Of a stretch of DNA of 64,000 nucleotides, positions 47,529 through 57,399 are shown piece after piece. The position numbers and the translations under genes are program-made. This DNA comes from an uncultured Candidatus Saccharibacteria bacterium (lineage in GTDB: Bacteria > Patescibacteriota > CAZHWT01): contig CAZHWT010000002.1 of assembly GCA_964536215.1 (NCBI GenBank), positions 20,573 to 84,572 of the forward strand, read 5' to 3'. The notes beneath the pieces are model-generated. The model had not been told where the DNA came from and did not search any database. It worked only from the letters and a program-made list of their open reading frames with translations. Position 1 is the first letter of the stretch, and the number at the start of each line of letters is the position of its first letter.

Positions 47529-47979
47529 AGGAGTTACTTGGTTAGCCTGTGGTTGATGATTTATGGTTTTGTTATTCGCCCTAGCTGCCTCGCACCCTTG
47601 CCGTCTAGCACCTTGCCACAAATTATACACCTCAGATAACCGCCCCCGCCACTCCAGACCATAATTACTACCACCCAAAAGTTGACTAAGGACACTATTT
47701 AATGTAGCGTATAGACACAAAAAGACTTTCGGCATGTAGTTTTTAAGCTACCCCGCGGAAGGTCTTTTTTATTGCTATTCTACTGGGAACACTGACATAA
47801 AGTCCCGCCTGTCCCCTCTTTGAGAAACCTTCACTTGGACACAGAAATTAATAGCTCTTATAAGTTTAGTCTAGTAGAGGAAAGTTAGCTGACATGTTCT
47901 CGTTATTGAATCCTCAGTCCATAATTATCGGCATGCCTGAGGCTATTAATTATTTGGCAGAGAGGAATAAATCCTGTAA

Positions 47980-48016
47980 AAAAAGAGAAAGGGTAGTCAA
48001 AAGCGACTACCCTTTT
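47980..48016. terminator. bidirectional rho-independent terminator
   Basis: GGGTAGTCAAAAGCGACTACCC hairpin flanked by A-runs and T-runs. Confidence 0.55.
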
Positions 48017-48019
48017 AAC

Positions 48020-48490
48020 TTACGCGTCGAACGTATGTAAGCGTGATGCTTGCCTAATGGTCTGGCTTGCAGCCTCGTGATCGCGCAGAGCTTTGTCTAA
48101 TCTCTCCTCCAGACCGACCTTGATGTCGCTAAGTTCATCTTTGAACTCAGCTACAACATCATTCATTCCCGGTATCAATACCAGCTTTGTTACAATACTC
48201 GCGTTGAGGGGTGTAAAAAGCGGGGCCAGAAAGAAGGCTTGTTGAGGTCTGGGCTCTTCAGATTCATCTAGGCCACTCTTCCACAACACATTCAGTACGG
48301 CGCGAAGCTGCGCAGTTGTGATGAACTTTGGCTCGGCTGGAGGATCGATGCCAAAGACTTCGCGGAACTCGCCCGCATACTTCGCCCGCTGACGATCTTT
48401 CATCTGCTTGTCCCTCCTTTGTGCAGCGAACAGACCTAGGCCGCCAACGAAAATCCCACTAAGCGCGATAGCTGTTTTTTGGCGCACCAT
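48020..48490 (-). CDS. hypothetical membrane-anchored protein
   Basis: AAGGAAGGTGG RBS before the ATG at 48490. Confidence 0.5.
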   Translation of the reverse strand: MVRQKTAIALSGIFVGGLGLFAAQRRDKQMKDRQRAKYAGEFREVFGIDPPAEPKFITTAQLRAVLNVLWKSGLDESEEPRPQQAFFLAPLFTPLNASIVTKLVLIPGMNDVVAEFKDELSDIKVGLEERLDKALRDHEAASQTIRQASRLHTFDA

Positions 48491-48688
48491 TGTGCCCACC
48501 TTCCTTAAGTACCAGCGAATCCGACTGCCGTACTATACAACATAAAAATAGACAGCACAACTGTCATAGGTCGCGATGGCTATGTATATAATATTAGCCA
48601 ATAGGAGTTACGAATACGGGATCGAACTATATACATAAATACAGATTAGTCCAAGCGGAGTAAATCCCTATTTATAGCAATTCCATAT

Positions 48689-48740
48689 CAGATATGAACA
48701 TCTCTGGTCATAATATCGCGGTAGGCACTAGGTAATAGAC
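48689..48740 (+). repeat. isolated copy of the M3 module of the intergenic repeat
   Basis: cagatatgaacatctctggtcataatatcgcggtaggcactaggtaatagac. Confidence 0.5.
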
Positions 48741-48817
48741 AGATTGGTATTGATGATAGCCCCAAAACGTTTAAAAGCCGCGCTGTGTAGGAATGTACAG
48801 CGCGGCTTGGTGTATCC

Positions 48818-49297
48818 TCACCCGTGAAGATAACGATGGTTACTCAGGAATGCCAGTCTGTCTTTGCTTGCCACTATTGCCAATAGTTGCCAAGCGGTAA
48901 TAATGCCGCGATAAGCAGCAGTGGCTACGAGTAGTCCAATAAGCGTACCGGCGTAGTGGTTTGCCGTAAACGCAAATGGAATTATAGCTAGGTAGAGATC
49001 TGGTCGAGGCCTTTCATCTGTAACCTGATCACTCCAGGTATCCATGTCACCCATTCTCCACCTTGCTAGAATTGCATCAGGCAGCATGGTAGTTATAGCC
49101 GTAAGCAGCAGGGCAATTTCGTCCACTTGCGCCGTCCGGAACAAAGCGTCATGGTACAGCCAGTAGCCTGGGATCCAGGCTCGTCGCATAACCAAAGCAG
49201 CTTCGCCTGGTTCAAAGCTACGGCGCTGACATCGGATATAACCAAGGTTACCAGCTATGCCCACCGTCAAAGCCAGACCTAATAAAAGAACAGTCAT
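48818..49297 (-). CDS. hypothetical membrane protein
   Basis: 159 aa, RBS GAGGTGGAGAG. Confidence 0.5.
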   Translation of the reverse strand: MTVLLLGLALTVGIAGNLGYIRCQRRSFEPGEAALVMRRAWIPGYWLYHDALFRTAQVDEIALLLTAITTMLPDAILARWRMGDMDTWSDQVTDERPRPDLYLAIIPFAFTANHYAGTLIGLLVATAAYRGIITAWQLLAIVASKDRLAFLSNHRYLHG

Positions 49298-49490
49298 CTC
49301 TCCACCTCTTCACTAATACGTCTCTTGAGGGTTTGATTATATATCAGAAGCTCTAATAAAACAATTATAGGCCCAGACAGCGGAAGCTGTGGAGTTAGGA
49401 GTAAGGAGTTGCGAGTTGTGAGAAAGACTAATCAAAAAGTACGTATTCGCAAAAGGCGACGCGTTTTAGCGTCGCCTTAGTGCCCATTAC

Positions 49491-50063
49491 TCAGCGAGAC
49501 ACAAAGTGATCAACTTTGACCACCTGATCCAACCGAACCAGCGGAAGAGTAGCTTGGTGCGGCGGGGCCGCATTGACCCAATCAGGATCAGCGCCCTCCA
49601 ACTCGAGATCGAAGATTCTCTCCCAGCCCTTATAGACTTCAGTCCGCAAATCGGCCGGCAAATCGTCAAGCCTGTAATACTCCGATCCCGTCCGGTCCCT
49701 TACCCGATCTAGAAAATCTTCGTGTTCTTCCTCGGTTAGAGTCATGTGCCAGCCGCTTAGGACCAAGCACCAATTGTCAAAGCTGGACAATAAGTAGTCT
49801 GACTCATTGGCCAAAAATTGAACCCGGACGCCTCGCTGACCTCTCTCAAGGTGGCCGGGGTGGCGCAGGTCTGGCTTGGTCGGCCAAGCCCAAATCGGAT
49901 AACCAATCTGAGGATTACCTAACCGTTCCCGCATCTGCCCGATCAGCCATTGGTAGGCCGGTCGGCAAGTAGACCATACGCGCCGACCATCGGCGCGGAG
50001 GATACCGCGAGTCTGGAACACCTCCCAGGCTCGTTCGTCCTGGATTGTCCACAAGGTGACCAC
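49491..50063 (-). CDS. hypothetical protein
   Basis: GTG start preceded by a GGGAGG RBS. The track ORF extends to 50102. Confidence 0.45.
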   Translation of the reverse strand: MVTLWTIQDERAWEVFQTRGILRADGRRVWSTCRPAYQWLIGQMRERLGNPQIGYPIWAWPTKPDLRHPGHLERGQRGVRVQFLANESDYLLSSFDNWCLVLSGWHMTLTEEEHEDFLDRVRDRTGSEYYRLDDLPADLRTEVYKGWERIFDLELEGADPDWVNAAPPHQATLPLVRLDQVVKVDHFVSR

Positions 50064-50145
50064 TACTTTCCTCCCACTGTTTGGACAGTAACACGGCCTC
50101 AATTATATCAAAAACGCAGGCCTATAGTCAATAAAAGCACTCAAA

Positions 50146-50541
50146 CTACTTCAATATTTCTAGCCAGATATTTTTAGCTTGTTGATGAACAGGGTTGTAA
50201 ATAGATATAATCTGGCGACCCTGCTGTTGGCTACGTTTCCGGGCTCTTTTTGCAGCTACATCGCCGTCGATGCAATAGGTGGTAATATCCAGATAGCAAA
50301 GCCCACTATTTGGATTAACCCAAGTACCAAGAAACATATTTGGTTGTAATAGCAGGTCTTCATAATTGGTTGTAAACCGCAGCAGTGCATCTTCCAGCTC
50401 GTCGACCGTCACAATCTCAGTAAGCCCTGGATGCTCCGGGTAAAACCAGGCATCAATAGGCTCTAAAAACTGCTGAGTTCGCCAAGCAACCGTCGCTCCG
50501 CCGTCTCGTATTGTCTTGTCTTTAGCTTGAGTAATAAACAC
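50146..50541 (-). CDS. hypothetical protein
   Basis: 131-aa ORF with a GTG start. Confidence 0.4.
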   Translation of the reverse strand: MFITQAKDKTIRDGGATVAWRTQQFLEPIDAWFYPEHPGLTEIVTVDELEDALLRFTTNYEDLLLQPNMFLGTWVNPNSGLCYLDITTYCIDGDVAAKRARKRSQQQGRQIISIYNPVHQQAKNIWLEILK

Positions 50542-50587
50542 CAGATCCCAACTCTAGAATGTCCTTGGACATTCAACTACCAATCAC

Positions 50588-50626
50588 AAATAGGCATTTA
50601 AATAGGCATTTAAATGCCTATTTATT
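50588..50626. repeat. dispersed element AAATAGGCATTTAAATAGGCATTTAAATGCCTATTTATT
   Basis: Direct plus inverted copies of the GGCATTTAAAT unit. Confidence 0.7.
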
Positions 50627-51173
50627 GCGTCTTCAGCCATTCCGCCACCTCTGCCCAAATATACTCCTCTGTATCAAAGGCGGTCTTGCCCGCGTCGCGT
50701 CGCTGGGCAATAGTTTGACCGTTAAACATGGCAGTTTTCTCCATACTATTGCCAGATTCCCCCAGCGGCTCCGGAGCCATTTCTCCCCAGTAGACCTTGC
50801 TAAATTCTTTAATCTGGTAGGCATCCTTATAAATAATCGTTTCAATAAAACTGGTTCTGCGGTCGGTCTTATCTCGCATCAAGTTAATCCAGTCCTGAGG
50901 CTCAAACCAGTGGACTACATCCTTCATATAGGCACCAGGAAAGCCATTTAGTCCGGGGATATCCCAAGAAGTATCGCAGACAACTATGGCTTTTTGAGCC
51001 AAGGCAAAAGCCGATTCTGCTTTATGCCGAGTAACTTTAAGCGGATCCGCCGACTGAATCTCATCAAAATCCAATACTAATTGTTCCACCGCAATCCCCA
51101 TTGGTTCACACGCCGCCCGCGCTTCTATCATCTTTCTCTGGTTGGATGTAACAAAGGTAATCCGCTCAATCAT
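50622..51173 (-). CDS. Ham1/Maf-like non-canonical purine NTP pyrophosphatase
   Basis: TSNQRKMIE motif, then EIQSADPLKVTRHKAESAFALAQKAIVVCDTSWDIPGLNGFPGAYMKD. Confidence 0.55.
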   Translation of the reverse strand: MIERITFVTSNQRKMIEARAACEPMGIAVEQLVLDFDEIQSADPLKVTRHKAESAFALAQKAIVVCDTSWDIPGLNGFPGAYMKDVVHWFEPQDWINLMRDKTDRRTSFIETIIYKDAYQIKEFSKVYWGEMAPEPLGESGNSMEKTAMFNGQTIAQRRDAGKTAFDTEEYIWAEVAEWLKTQ

Positions 51174-51457
51174 AGTCGGATTATACAAGTAAATATCTGA
51201 GTAAACAATAAACGCTTATGGCAGAGAACCAGAAAGCTATTAGTATAATCGAACTGACTTTGAAACGTTGATTTTTGCACACGTCATTGCGTGGAGCGAA
51301 AGCGACGCGGCCACCTACATCCGATGACTGTAAGACCTAGATTGATGCGCGGGGTCTATCTCTATAATCATCGGGGCTCGTTATGACAGTCCTAGGTAAA
51401 ATCAGTTCAACCATTTGTTAACCTAAATACGTTTCATATAAAAATTTAGGCGGTCCC

Positions 51458-51880
51458 TTAAGGACCGCCCTTTTTTGCCAGCCAAGGCTGTATTGAATCG
51501 ATAGGCTCAATGTGAGTGTCGACCTCCTTTTGCTGCTGCTTATACGCCTTAATCTGCCACGGCATAGTAAATACCCAGCAGCTCAGTTGTAGTAAAATGG
51601 CCAGTATCCCCAACCCAAATAGCGATTGGAGTGAGTATGTTTGAGGCCAAATCAGCCTGATAAGCAGGAAGAAAGCTGCTAAGCCAAGCATGGACTTAGC
51701 ATACCCATCGGTGCTTTGCATGGCCGGGACTATTCCTCGATAGCCACACATAAGTGAAACAACGTAGCAGGCTAAGAAACAGACAAGGCTTGAGACAATG
51801 ATAGCTGCCACAGAGACGAGCGTAGCTGTTGTCATGATCCACAGCTGACCATGCTGTTGCCAGTCGTTGCTAATATCCAC
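51458..51880 (-). CDS. hypothetical membrane protein
   Basis: GTG start with an AAGGAGA RBS. Confidence 0.45.
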   Translation of the reverse strand: MDISNDWQQHGQLWIMTTATLVSVAAIIVSSLVCFLACYVVSLMCGYRGIVPAMQSTDGYAKSMLGLAAFFLLIRLIWPQTYSLQSLFGLGILAILLQLSCWVFTMPWQIKAYKQQQKEVDTHIEPIDSIQPWLAKKGGP

Positions 51881-51969
51881 CTTAATTCTCCTTTTTAAGC
51901 TATGCCACTCGACTGAAGTAGTATACCAGACTATAGGTCTACAATCAATGGGTGCGGTAAATCATTGAA

Positions 51970-51989
51970 GTACGTACACGTGTACGTAC
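51970..51989. promoter_or_regulatory. perfect 20-bp palindrome GTACGTACACGTGTACGTAC (GTACGTAC box)
   Basis: The same box recurs in the cassette-array repeats at 39-42 kb. Confidence 0.6.
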
Positions 51990-52646
51990 TTATGGCATAA
52001 GCCGCAGTAGTAGTAACAAAACAATATCAATCCCTAGTGACAAACACATCCATAGTACGGCTTGGATAAAAACTGGTTGGAGTGAGGTCAACATAACTGG
52101 TAACCAGTCAAAAGTTGGCCATAAACCAGCCCAATACAGCAGTGCGCCCACAGCTGCTAATCCAACAAATAGTGTAAGAGCACCCTCCATGTCTGCTCTA
52201 CTGGTAAATAGTGTATTGCTAACTTCAAAAACAGCATACCCAATAATCAGCCACCCCAGCCAACTCTGGAAAAAATGATAGTGTTCCGCCAACCACATGA
52301 TAGCTAAAATAGTTGTCAGACCTACATATACCGGCGCAGCGCCCATTAAAAAACGCCGTATCAAATCCGTTTTTGGCACCATCACGCTACCTAGGATAAT
52401 TCTTTCACCTTCAATCTTTGGCACAATTGTCAGTCTCTGCGTATTTACTAGTAACGCTCGCCCAACGAGCAGATGAGACAACTCGTGGACCAGTACGCCG
52501 GGCAAGTACAGCACTGACATAACTCGCACAACCGCCGATTGCCGCCTAAACAGCCTCATAAGAACCATCCCTAGCCTCCGTTCGACTGACCTCGACAATA
52601 AAAATAACAACAAAATTTGTCCTAGCAATATCAAGGCGTACATCAT
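51990..52646 (-). CDS. polytopic membrane protein with HExxH (site-2-protease / M50-like) motif
   Basis: VLVHELSHLLVG sits within a hydrophobic segment. Confidence 0.5.
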   Translation of the reverse strand: MMYALILLGQILLLFLLSRSVERRLGMVLMRLFRRQSAVVRVMSVLYLPGVLVHELSHLLVGRALLVNTQRLTIVPKIEGERIILGSVMVPKTDLIRRFLMGAAPVYVGLTTILAIMWLAEHYHFFQSWLGWLIIGYAVFEVSNTLFTSRADMEGALTLFVGLAAVGALLYWAGLWPTFDWLPVMLTSLQPVFIQAVLWMCLSLGIDIVLLLLLRLMP

Positions 52647-52893
52647 CACATATCAGTATACTGCACTAACGGTCAAGCTAGGTGGTCGAGTAGCCCACCT
52701 CGCAGGTGGATGGAATAAGCAAAGAAACTATAAATATATAGTAAATACCGGATAAGAATTTAAAGGCGAGTTTGGTTGAGCTAGTTAAATATAAAATGAC
52801 GGGGCAGCTATAATGCTGCCCCAAAACGATTCACAAAACTATTAATAAGACCGTTGTAGACTTAGTCAAAGGAAGGCATGAAAAAGGCGCTGC

Positions 52894-53472
52894 TCATGCA
52901 GCGCCCTGATGGATGATTTGGTGGTCCAGCCAGACCCGCCACTTATCGGCCCAGACTTCCCAGGTGTCCCGGGCCAAAAAGATGACCACTTCGTCGGGCG
53001 GGCTGGCAACCTGCCAAAAGACATGGGCAGCTAGTCCTTTCTGACGCGAAATTGCCTCAGCCATCCATAAGGTGAATGGCTGGCCAATAACGATATTCAT
53101 AGGCCAACTGGTCAGTTGCTGTATGTCATGCCCCAGCTGGATAATGGTATCCAACTTGACTGCCAGGACGAATTGTGTCCAGTCCTTTGGCGGTGTGAGA
53201 CTCACTTCCAGGATGGCGCTAACGTTCGATGTTTGGCGGCGCAATGACGAACAGGATTTGTACCAGGTTAGTCTGAGACTTAACTGAGGCACTCCATCTA
53301 CCTGTTGGTACGAGTCCCATAGCCATTCACAATCTTTAGCCGTAGCGGTCTGGGACAAATTGCCATCGAACCCCATTCGCTCTCCGGCGCTAAAAAGCAT
53401 GGAGCTTATGCGCTCTCCATACCGGGCCATCATCCGCTCCGACTCCGTTCTGGCCGTGTTAAACGTCAGCAT
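52894..53472 (-). CDS. hypothetical protein
   Basis: AAGGAGA RBS, 192 aa. Confidence 0.5.
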   Translation of the reverse strand: MLTFNTARTESERMMARYGERISSMLFSAGERMGFDGNLSQTATAKDCEWLWDSYQQVDGVPQLSLRLTWYKSCSSLRRQTSNVSAILEVSLTPPKDWTQFVLAVKLDTIIQLGHDIQQLTSWPMNIVIGQPFTLWMAEAISRQKGLAAHVFWQVASPPDEVVIFLARDTWEVWADKWRVWLDHQIIHQGAA

Positions 53473-53594
53473 ATTGTCTCTCCTTGATAGCTGACAACCG
53501 TTAGTTGCAGGTACTATATCATAAAATATAGCGCCGGTTTTTTGGCGCTACCTTTGCTTTAATCTTGCCAGCACTGATTAAGCTCCGCAATATC

Positions 53595-53942
53595 TCACTT
53601 TTCGGCATAGTAGTCCGGGACATCTGGTTGCTCAAACCGCACTCGCGGCCGTCGCAATGCCTCCGCAACTTTGTCGCTGATATAGTCTGATTGGGCCAGT
53701 GATGACTCAATTGCCCTGAGATCTGACCACATGGTATCGACATTCCCGTCACAATATTCGTACAGCTGAACCAGACACTCACCAGTTAATTCGGGGAAAT
53801 AGGCCAACATTTCCACCACTACATACTGATCCTCTGGCGGAATACTTCGACACAATCTTTTGGTCTCATGGAGCGGAGTTGTAAACTCCTCAACCATCTC
53901 CTCTACCTGACGCGGCGGTGTAAAGTAGATAAGGTTACCCAT
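53595..53942 (-). CDS. hypothetical protein
   Basis: AAGGAG RBS before an internal ATG. Confidence 0.45.
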   Translation of the reverse strand: MGNLIYFTPPRQVEEMVEEFTTPLHETKRLCRSIPPEDQYVVVEMLAYFPELTGECLVQLYEYCDGNVDTMWSDLRAIESSLAQSDYISDKVAEALRRPRVRFEQPDVPDYYAEK

Positions 53943-54127
53943 GTCATCACTCCTTGACACTAGCTGCTAACAGTTGGTTGATTATATACAGACTATAGGT
54001 TTGTGTCAATCAGATAGTTTATGAGATGAGCTAATAGCGATAAATTCCTTCGATGACCAGCTTGCCCGCTAAAACACTGTAGCCAGACCGAGAATAAAAA
54101 TAGAACAGCCTGCTCGAAAGCAGGCTG

Positions 54128-54403
54128 TTAGTTGGCTTGGCCGGGAATTTTAAGTAATCCGACGATTTCGTCCGGATCAACCTCATCCCACTCCAGCACC
54201 GTTGGGTGCGTTGGCTCTTCAGCCAGCAGTCTTACCTGTTTGGTTTCGGTTACCTTTATATAAGGCTGCTTGTCCTCACGGATGTAGAGAACTAACCTCT
54301 GGCCGGGTATTGAAACAAATATCTCTCCAAGAGGTATCTCCTCTAGATACTGAGACCATATCTCGGCTGGTATCCCGAACAAGCAGTTGCGCGTATACGC
54401 CAC
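54128..54403 (-). CDS. hypothetical protein
   Basis: GTG start with a GAGGAGA RBS. Terminator downstream. Confidence 0.45.
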   Translation of the reverse strand: MAYTRNCLFGIPAEIWSQYLEEIPLGEIFVSIPGQRLVLYIREDKQPYIKVTETKQVRLLAEEPTHPTVLEWDEVDPDEIVGLLKIPGQAN

Positions 54404-54516
54404 TGTCCTTCTCCTCGACTAAACACTCTCTGCTTCTAGTATACGATACAAGTCAGCAAACAGGTGTTAAAAGCCGCTCTGCAGCACATGTGTGCTGGTG
54501 GAGCGGCTGCTACAGG

Positions 54517-55071
54517 CTATGTTTTGCGGCCTCGACGAAACCGAACCTGCACCCGGTGAGAATTTTGCCCATCCCACGACCAGTATCTGGCCCGATTAAG
54601 ATGGAGATTGTGAGTCGTCAGGCCAGCCATCATCTCAGACCGACCGGTCGTTTCTTGTAGCCCAATTCGCAGCATCTCCAGAAAGCACAAATCGTTATGG
54701 GAAAACTGCAATTGGGATCGTCGCCGAACAGGGTGACTATGGATAACCAGCGGTCGACAGTTATCCAGCTGGCAACGGCGAATAACATGATCAAAAAAGC
54801 TCTGTCTCGGCCGCAAATGCCGCCAAGTTCGGACACTAAACATGTCGGGCGACAAATAATCAATCTCTTCTGCCACAAAGGCTGTGGGATATCTGGCAGG
54901 CAATGGCCGGCAGTAGATGACGATCAGCAGTTCATAGTCGCCCTGTTGCCGCTCTAGCTTGGCCCAATTCCGAGCTGTGGCAATCATGCCATGCGGTATG
55001 ATCAGATGATTAGGGCTGGGAGACTTGCGTCGTTGCCCCATCAGCCTGACAGGCCAAAAAATGTTCCGCAC
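54517..55071 (-). CDS. hypothetical protein
   Basis: GTG start with a GAGGAGG RBS. Confidence 0.45.
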   Translation of the reverse strand: MRNIFWPVRLMGQRRKSPSPNHLIIPHGMIATARNWAKLERQQGDYELLIVIYCRPLPARYPTAFVAEEIDYLSPDMFSVRTWRHLRPRQSFFDHVIRRCQLDNCRPLVIHSHPVRRRSQLQFSHNDLCFLEMLRIGLQETTGRSEMMAGLTTHNLHLNRARYWSWDGQNSHRVQVRFRRGRKT

Positions 55072-55254
55072 CTCTCTCCTCCTCGCCGGAAACGCGTAAA
55101 CAGGCCTAAACTATATCATGCTATGGGTTATTAATCAAGGCTAGGGATTGTTAGGCTATCGACCTTGCAAGGCCCTCCAGCCCCCGCAAGGGTAGTATAA
55201 AAGCGATACTTACAAGAAAAAGGCACCCCGAAGGGTGCCAGATTGACGCTTATT

Positions 55255-55830
55255 TTAGAGAGTATCTCCTCCAGTAATGGTCTTGATGTGTTGGTCAATA
55301 TCGAACCTCATTTCCTGGTACCACTCTTGCCGATGCAGCTCATTGGCATACAACGCCAAAGCTTTCTCCCGCCATTTACTTATCCACCATGCCCGCCAGA
55401 AGGCCAGGCTAATCAATAGTGCTGGCGCGATAATCGTCAGCCAGACAGTTAACGATGTGGCTGGTACATTGCCTAGCGCCATATTGGCTATACTGGCTCC
55501 CCAAAAAACCTGCAGACAAACGCCACAGAGAGTGGGGTTGCCGCTAAGCGCCAGTGACATATCCGTGCTGGTCAAAAAACCAAGCCGGACTGCCCATCGC
55601 GGTTCGACGTTGGCTACAGAATGTATCGCCAAACGACGGCGTATGCCCCAGATTACAGCTTGGGGTATAGCAGTCACTGCTATCAGAGATAACAGCGCCC
55701 AGTACCATGACCAGTAGCCCAGCGGACCCGAAATCAAACAGCTGGCTGTTAGAGGCCAAAGCAGGCAGACTACATCCCAATGTCGAAAGGGGTGTGTCCA
55801 GAACAGTTGCCGGCGGAACTCCATTCTCAT
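55255..55830 (-). CDS. hypothetical membrane protein
   Basis: AGGAGAG RBS. Multiple TM helices. Confidence 0.5.
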   Translation of the reverse strand: MRMEFRRQLFWTHPFRHWDVVCLLWPLTASCLISGPLGYWSWYWALLSLIAVTAIPQAVIWGIRRRLAIHSVANVEPRWAVRLGFLTSTDMSLALSGNPTLCGVCLQVFWGASIANMALGNVPATSLTVWLTIIAPALLISLAFWRAWWISKWREKALALYANELHRQEWYQEMRFDIDQHIKTITGGDTL

Positions 55831-55920
55831 CTCTCCTGTGTCGTGCGGCTGAATAGTGAGCGTAATATTACCCGGTTATAGGCTGTACGTCAATAATTGA
55901 ACAGTGTTGTGCTGAAAGTG

Positions 55921-57216
55921 TTACTTTGCATATCGAGCTGATAGCTGGCGGTATGGTTTGGTTTGCATGGCCAGCAGGGTAACAATAAGTCCGATTATCC
56001 CCGAAAGTACAAAGACCAACGCAATGCCGCGAGCCTGACCCACTCCAAACCATCCACCAATCAGCTCAACGCCAGCCCCTGTGGTCATAAACGGAATAAA
56101 CACTGTTTGAGTGATCGGGCCGATTAAAAAAGCGCTGAACGGCGAGGCGCCTTGCTCAATGCTTTGAGCAAACCCAAATACTCGCCCCTGTCTATCCAAC
56201 GGCACCACTTTCTGTAAGATAGTCTGCTCGGCTGCTTCGATAAACGGCACAATAGCCATGTAAGCAAACATACCCACAATAAACAGGGGCAATGAAGCCT
56301 GAATGGCAAATAAGCATGAGATGATCCACATTGCGATCATGATCCGGAACATGGTTCGCAGCGGATTTTTGCCTAAACCCCACTTGGCAATCAGTGCCCC
56401 TCCGGCCATAAAACCCGTACTTACTCCCGCCAACAAAAAGCCCCAGACCTGTACCGATACAAAGGATAGGCCGTAAGCGTCCAGCAGGGCCATAAACGAA
56501 CCACCCACAAAGTTGTTAAAAGTAGTAAATAAAATCAGCGCCAATAATCCCGGAATGGCCACAATTACTTTAAAGGTGCCCTTCAGATCAATCTTGCCAT
56601 GCGCTTGATCGCCTTCTAGATGGACAATTTTTGGCTCATCCATTTCGATATAGGCCAGGTGCAGCAATGCCATGGCATTGACCACAATAGCCAAGATCAA
56701 GACGCCGTACATAGCCGAATAGGCCACCAATACGCCACTAATTGCAGAAGTGATAAAAAATCCAACTCCATTAACCATGCCAACCAGCCCATTGGCTTTA
56801 TCGTGACGGTCTTCGGGGACAAACATGCTTACTGTTACCGGCATAATGATATTGCGGATATTGCCCGCCAATACACCGCCCATCAACAGCAAAACAAACA
56901 CCCACAACTCAATGCTGGCCGGATTGCGATAAACAGCCGAGTCAGTCAACCCATACAACAGCAAGCTTACACTGTACAAAATGGCTGAGGTGGCCGTAGA
57001 AATGAGCAGCATCGGTTTTTTACGGTGGTGATCTACTAAGCTACCTAACCAAAATCCCGATGCTGCTGTCACTATCAAATAAATACCAGAAATAACCCCA
57101 GTCACTGTCACCGACTGCGTTTCTAGGTAAGCATAAAAGGTAATCGCAAACCACACCACCATATTGGTCAGCGTGGCAAACAGCGTGTTACCCAAGATAT
57201 GATAAAACGTTTTCAT
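55921..57216 (-). CDS. MFS transporter
   Basis: 12-TM-like hydrophobic profile. The start was set at the ATG downstream of a TATAAT-like element; the track ORF extends to 57309 with a TTG start. Confidence 0.8.
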   Translation of the reverse strand: MKTFYHILGNTLFATLTNMVVWFAITFYAYLETQSVTVTGVISGIYLIVTAASGFWLGSLVDHHRKKPMLLISTATSAILYSVSLLLYGLTDSAVYRNPASIELWVFVLLLMGGVLAGNIRNIIMPVTVSMFVPEDRHDKANGLVGMVNGVGFFITSAISGVLVAYSAMYGVLILAIVVNAMALLHLAYIEMDEPKIVHLEGDQAHGKIDLKGTFKVIVAIPGLLALILFTTFNNFVGGSFMALLDAYGLSFVSVQVWGFLLAGVSTGFMAGGALIAKWGLGKNPLRTMFRIMIAMWIISCLFAIQASLPLFIVGMFAYMAIVPFIEAAEQTILQKVVPLDRQGRVFGFAQSIEQGASPFSAFLIGPITQTVFIPFMTTGAGVELIGGWFGVGQARGIALVFVLSGIIGLIVTLLAMQTKPYRQLSARYAK

Positions 57217-57325
57217 AAAAGCAGAACGAATTATAGCAGACTGGCGTCTAAAATCCGATATGGCAAATTTAATAATGCAGTCAGGTATGAGCCAGGAGTA
57301 TAGATGCAAACGGCAATGTATCCAA

Positions 57326-57354
57326 TAAATAAAAAAGGCGTCATTGCTGACGCC
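57326..57354 (-). terminator. rho-independent terminator of the 57400-58905 gene
   Basis: GGCGTCATTGCTGACGCC hairpin plus a T-run on the minus strand. Confidence 0.6.
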
Positions 57355-57399
57355 CTACGGCTTGTTCTAATTTTACGTCTGAACAACAAGACAATCACT

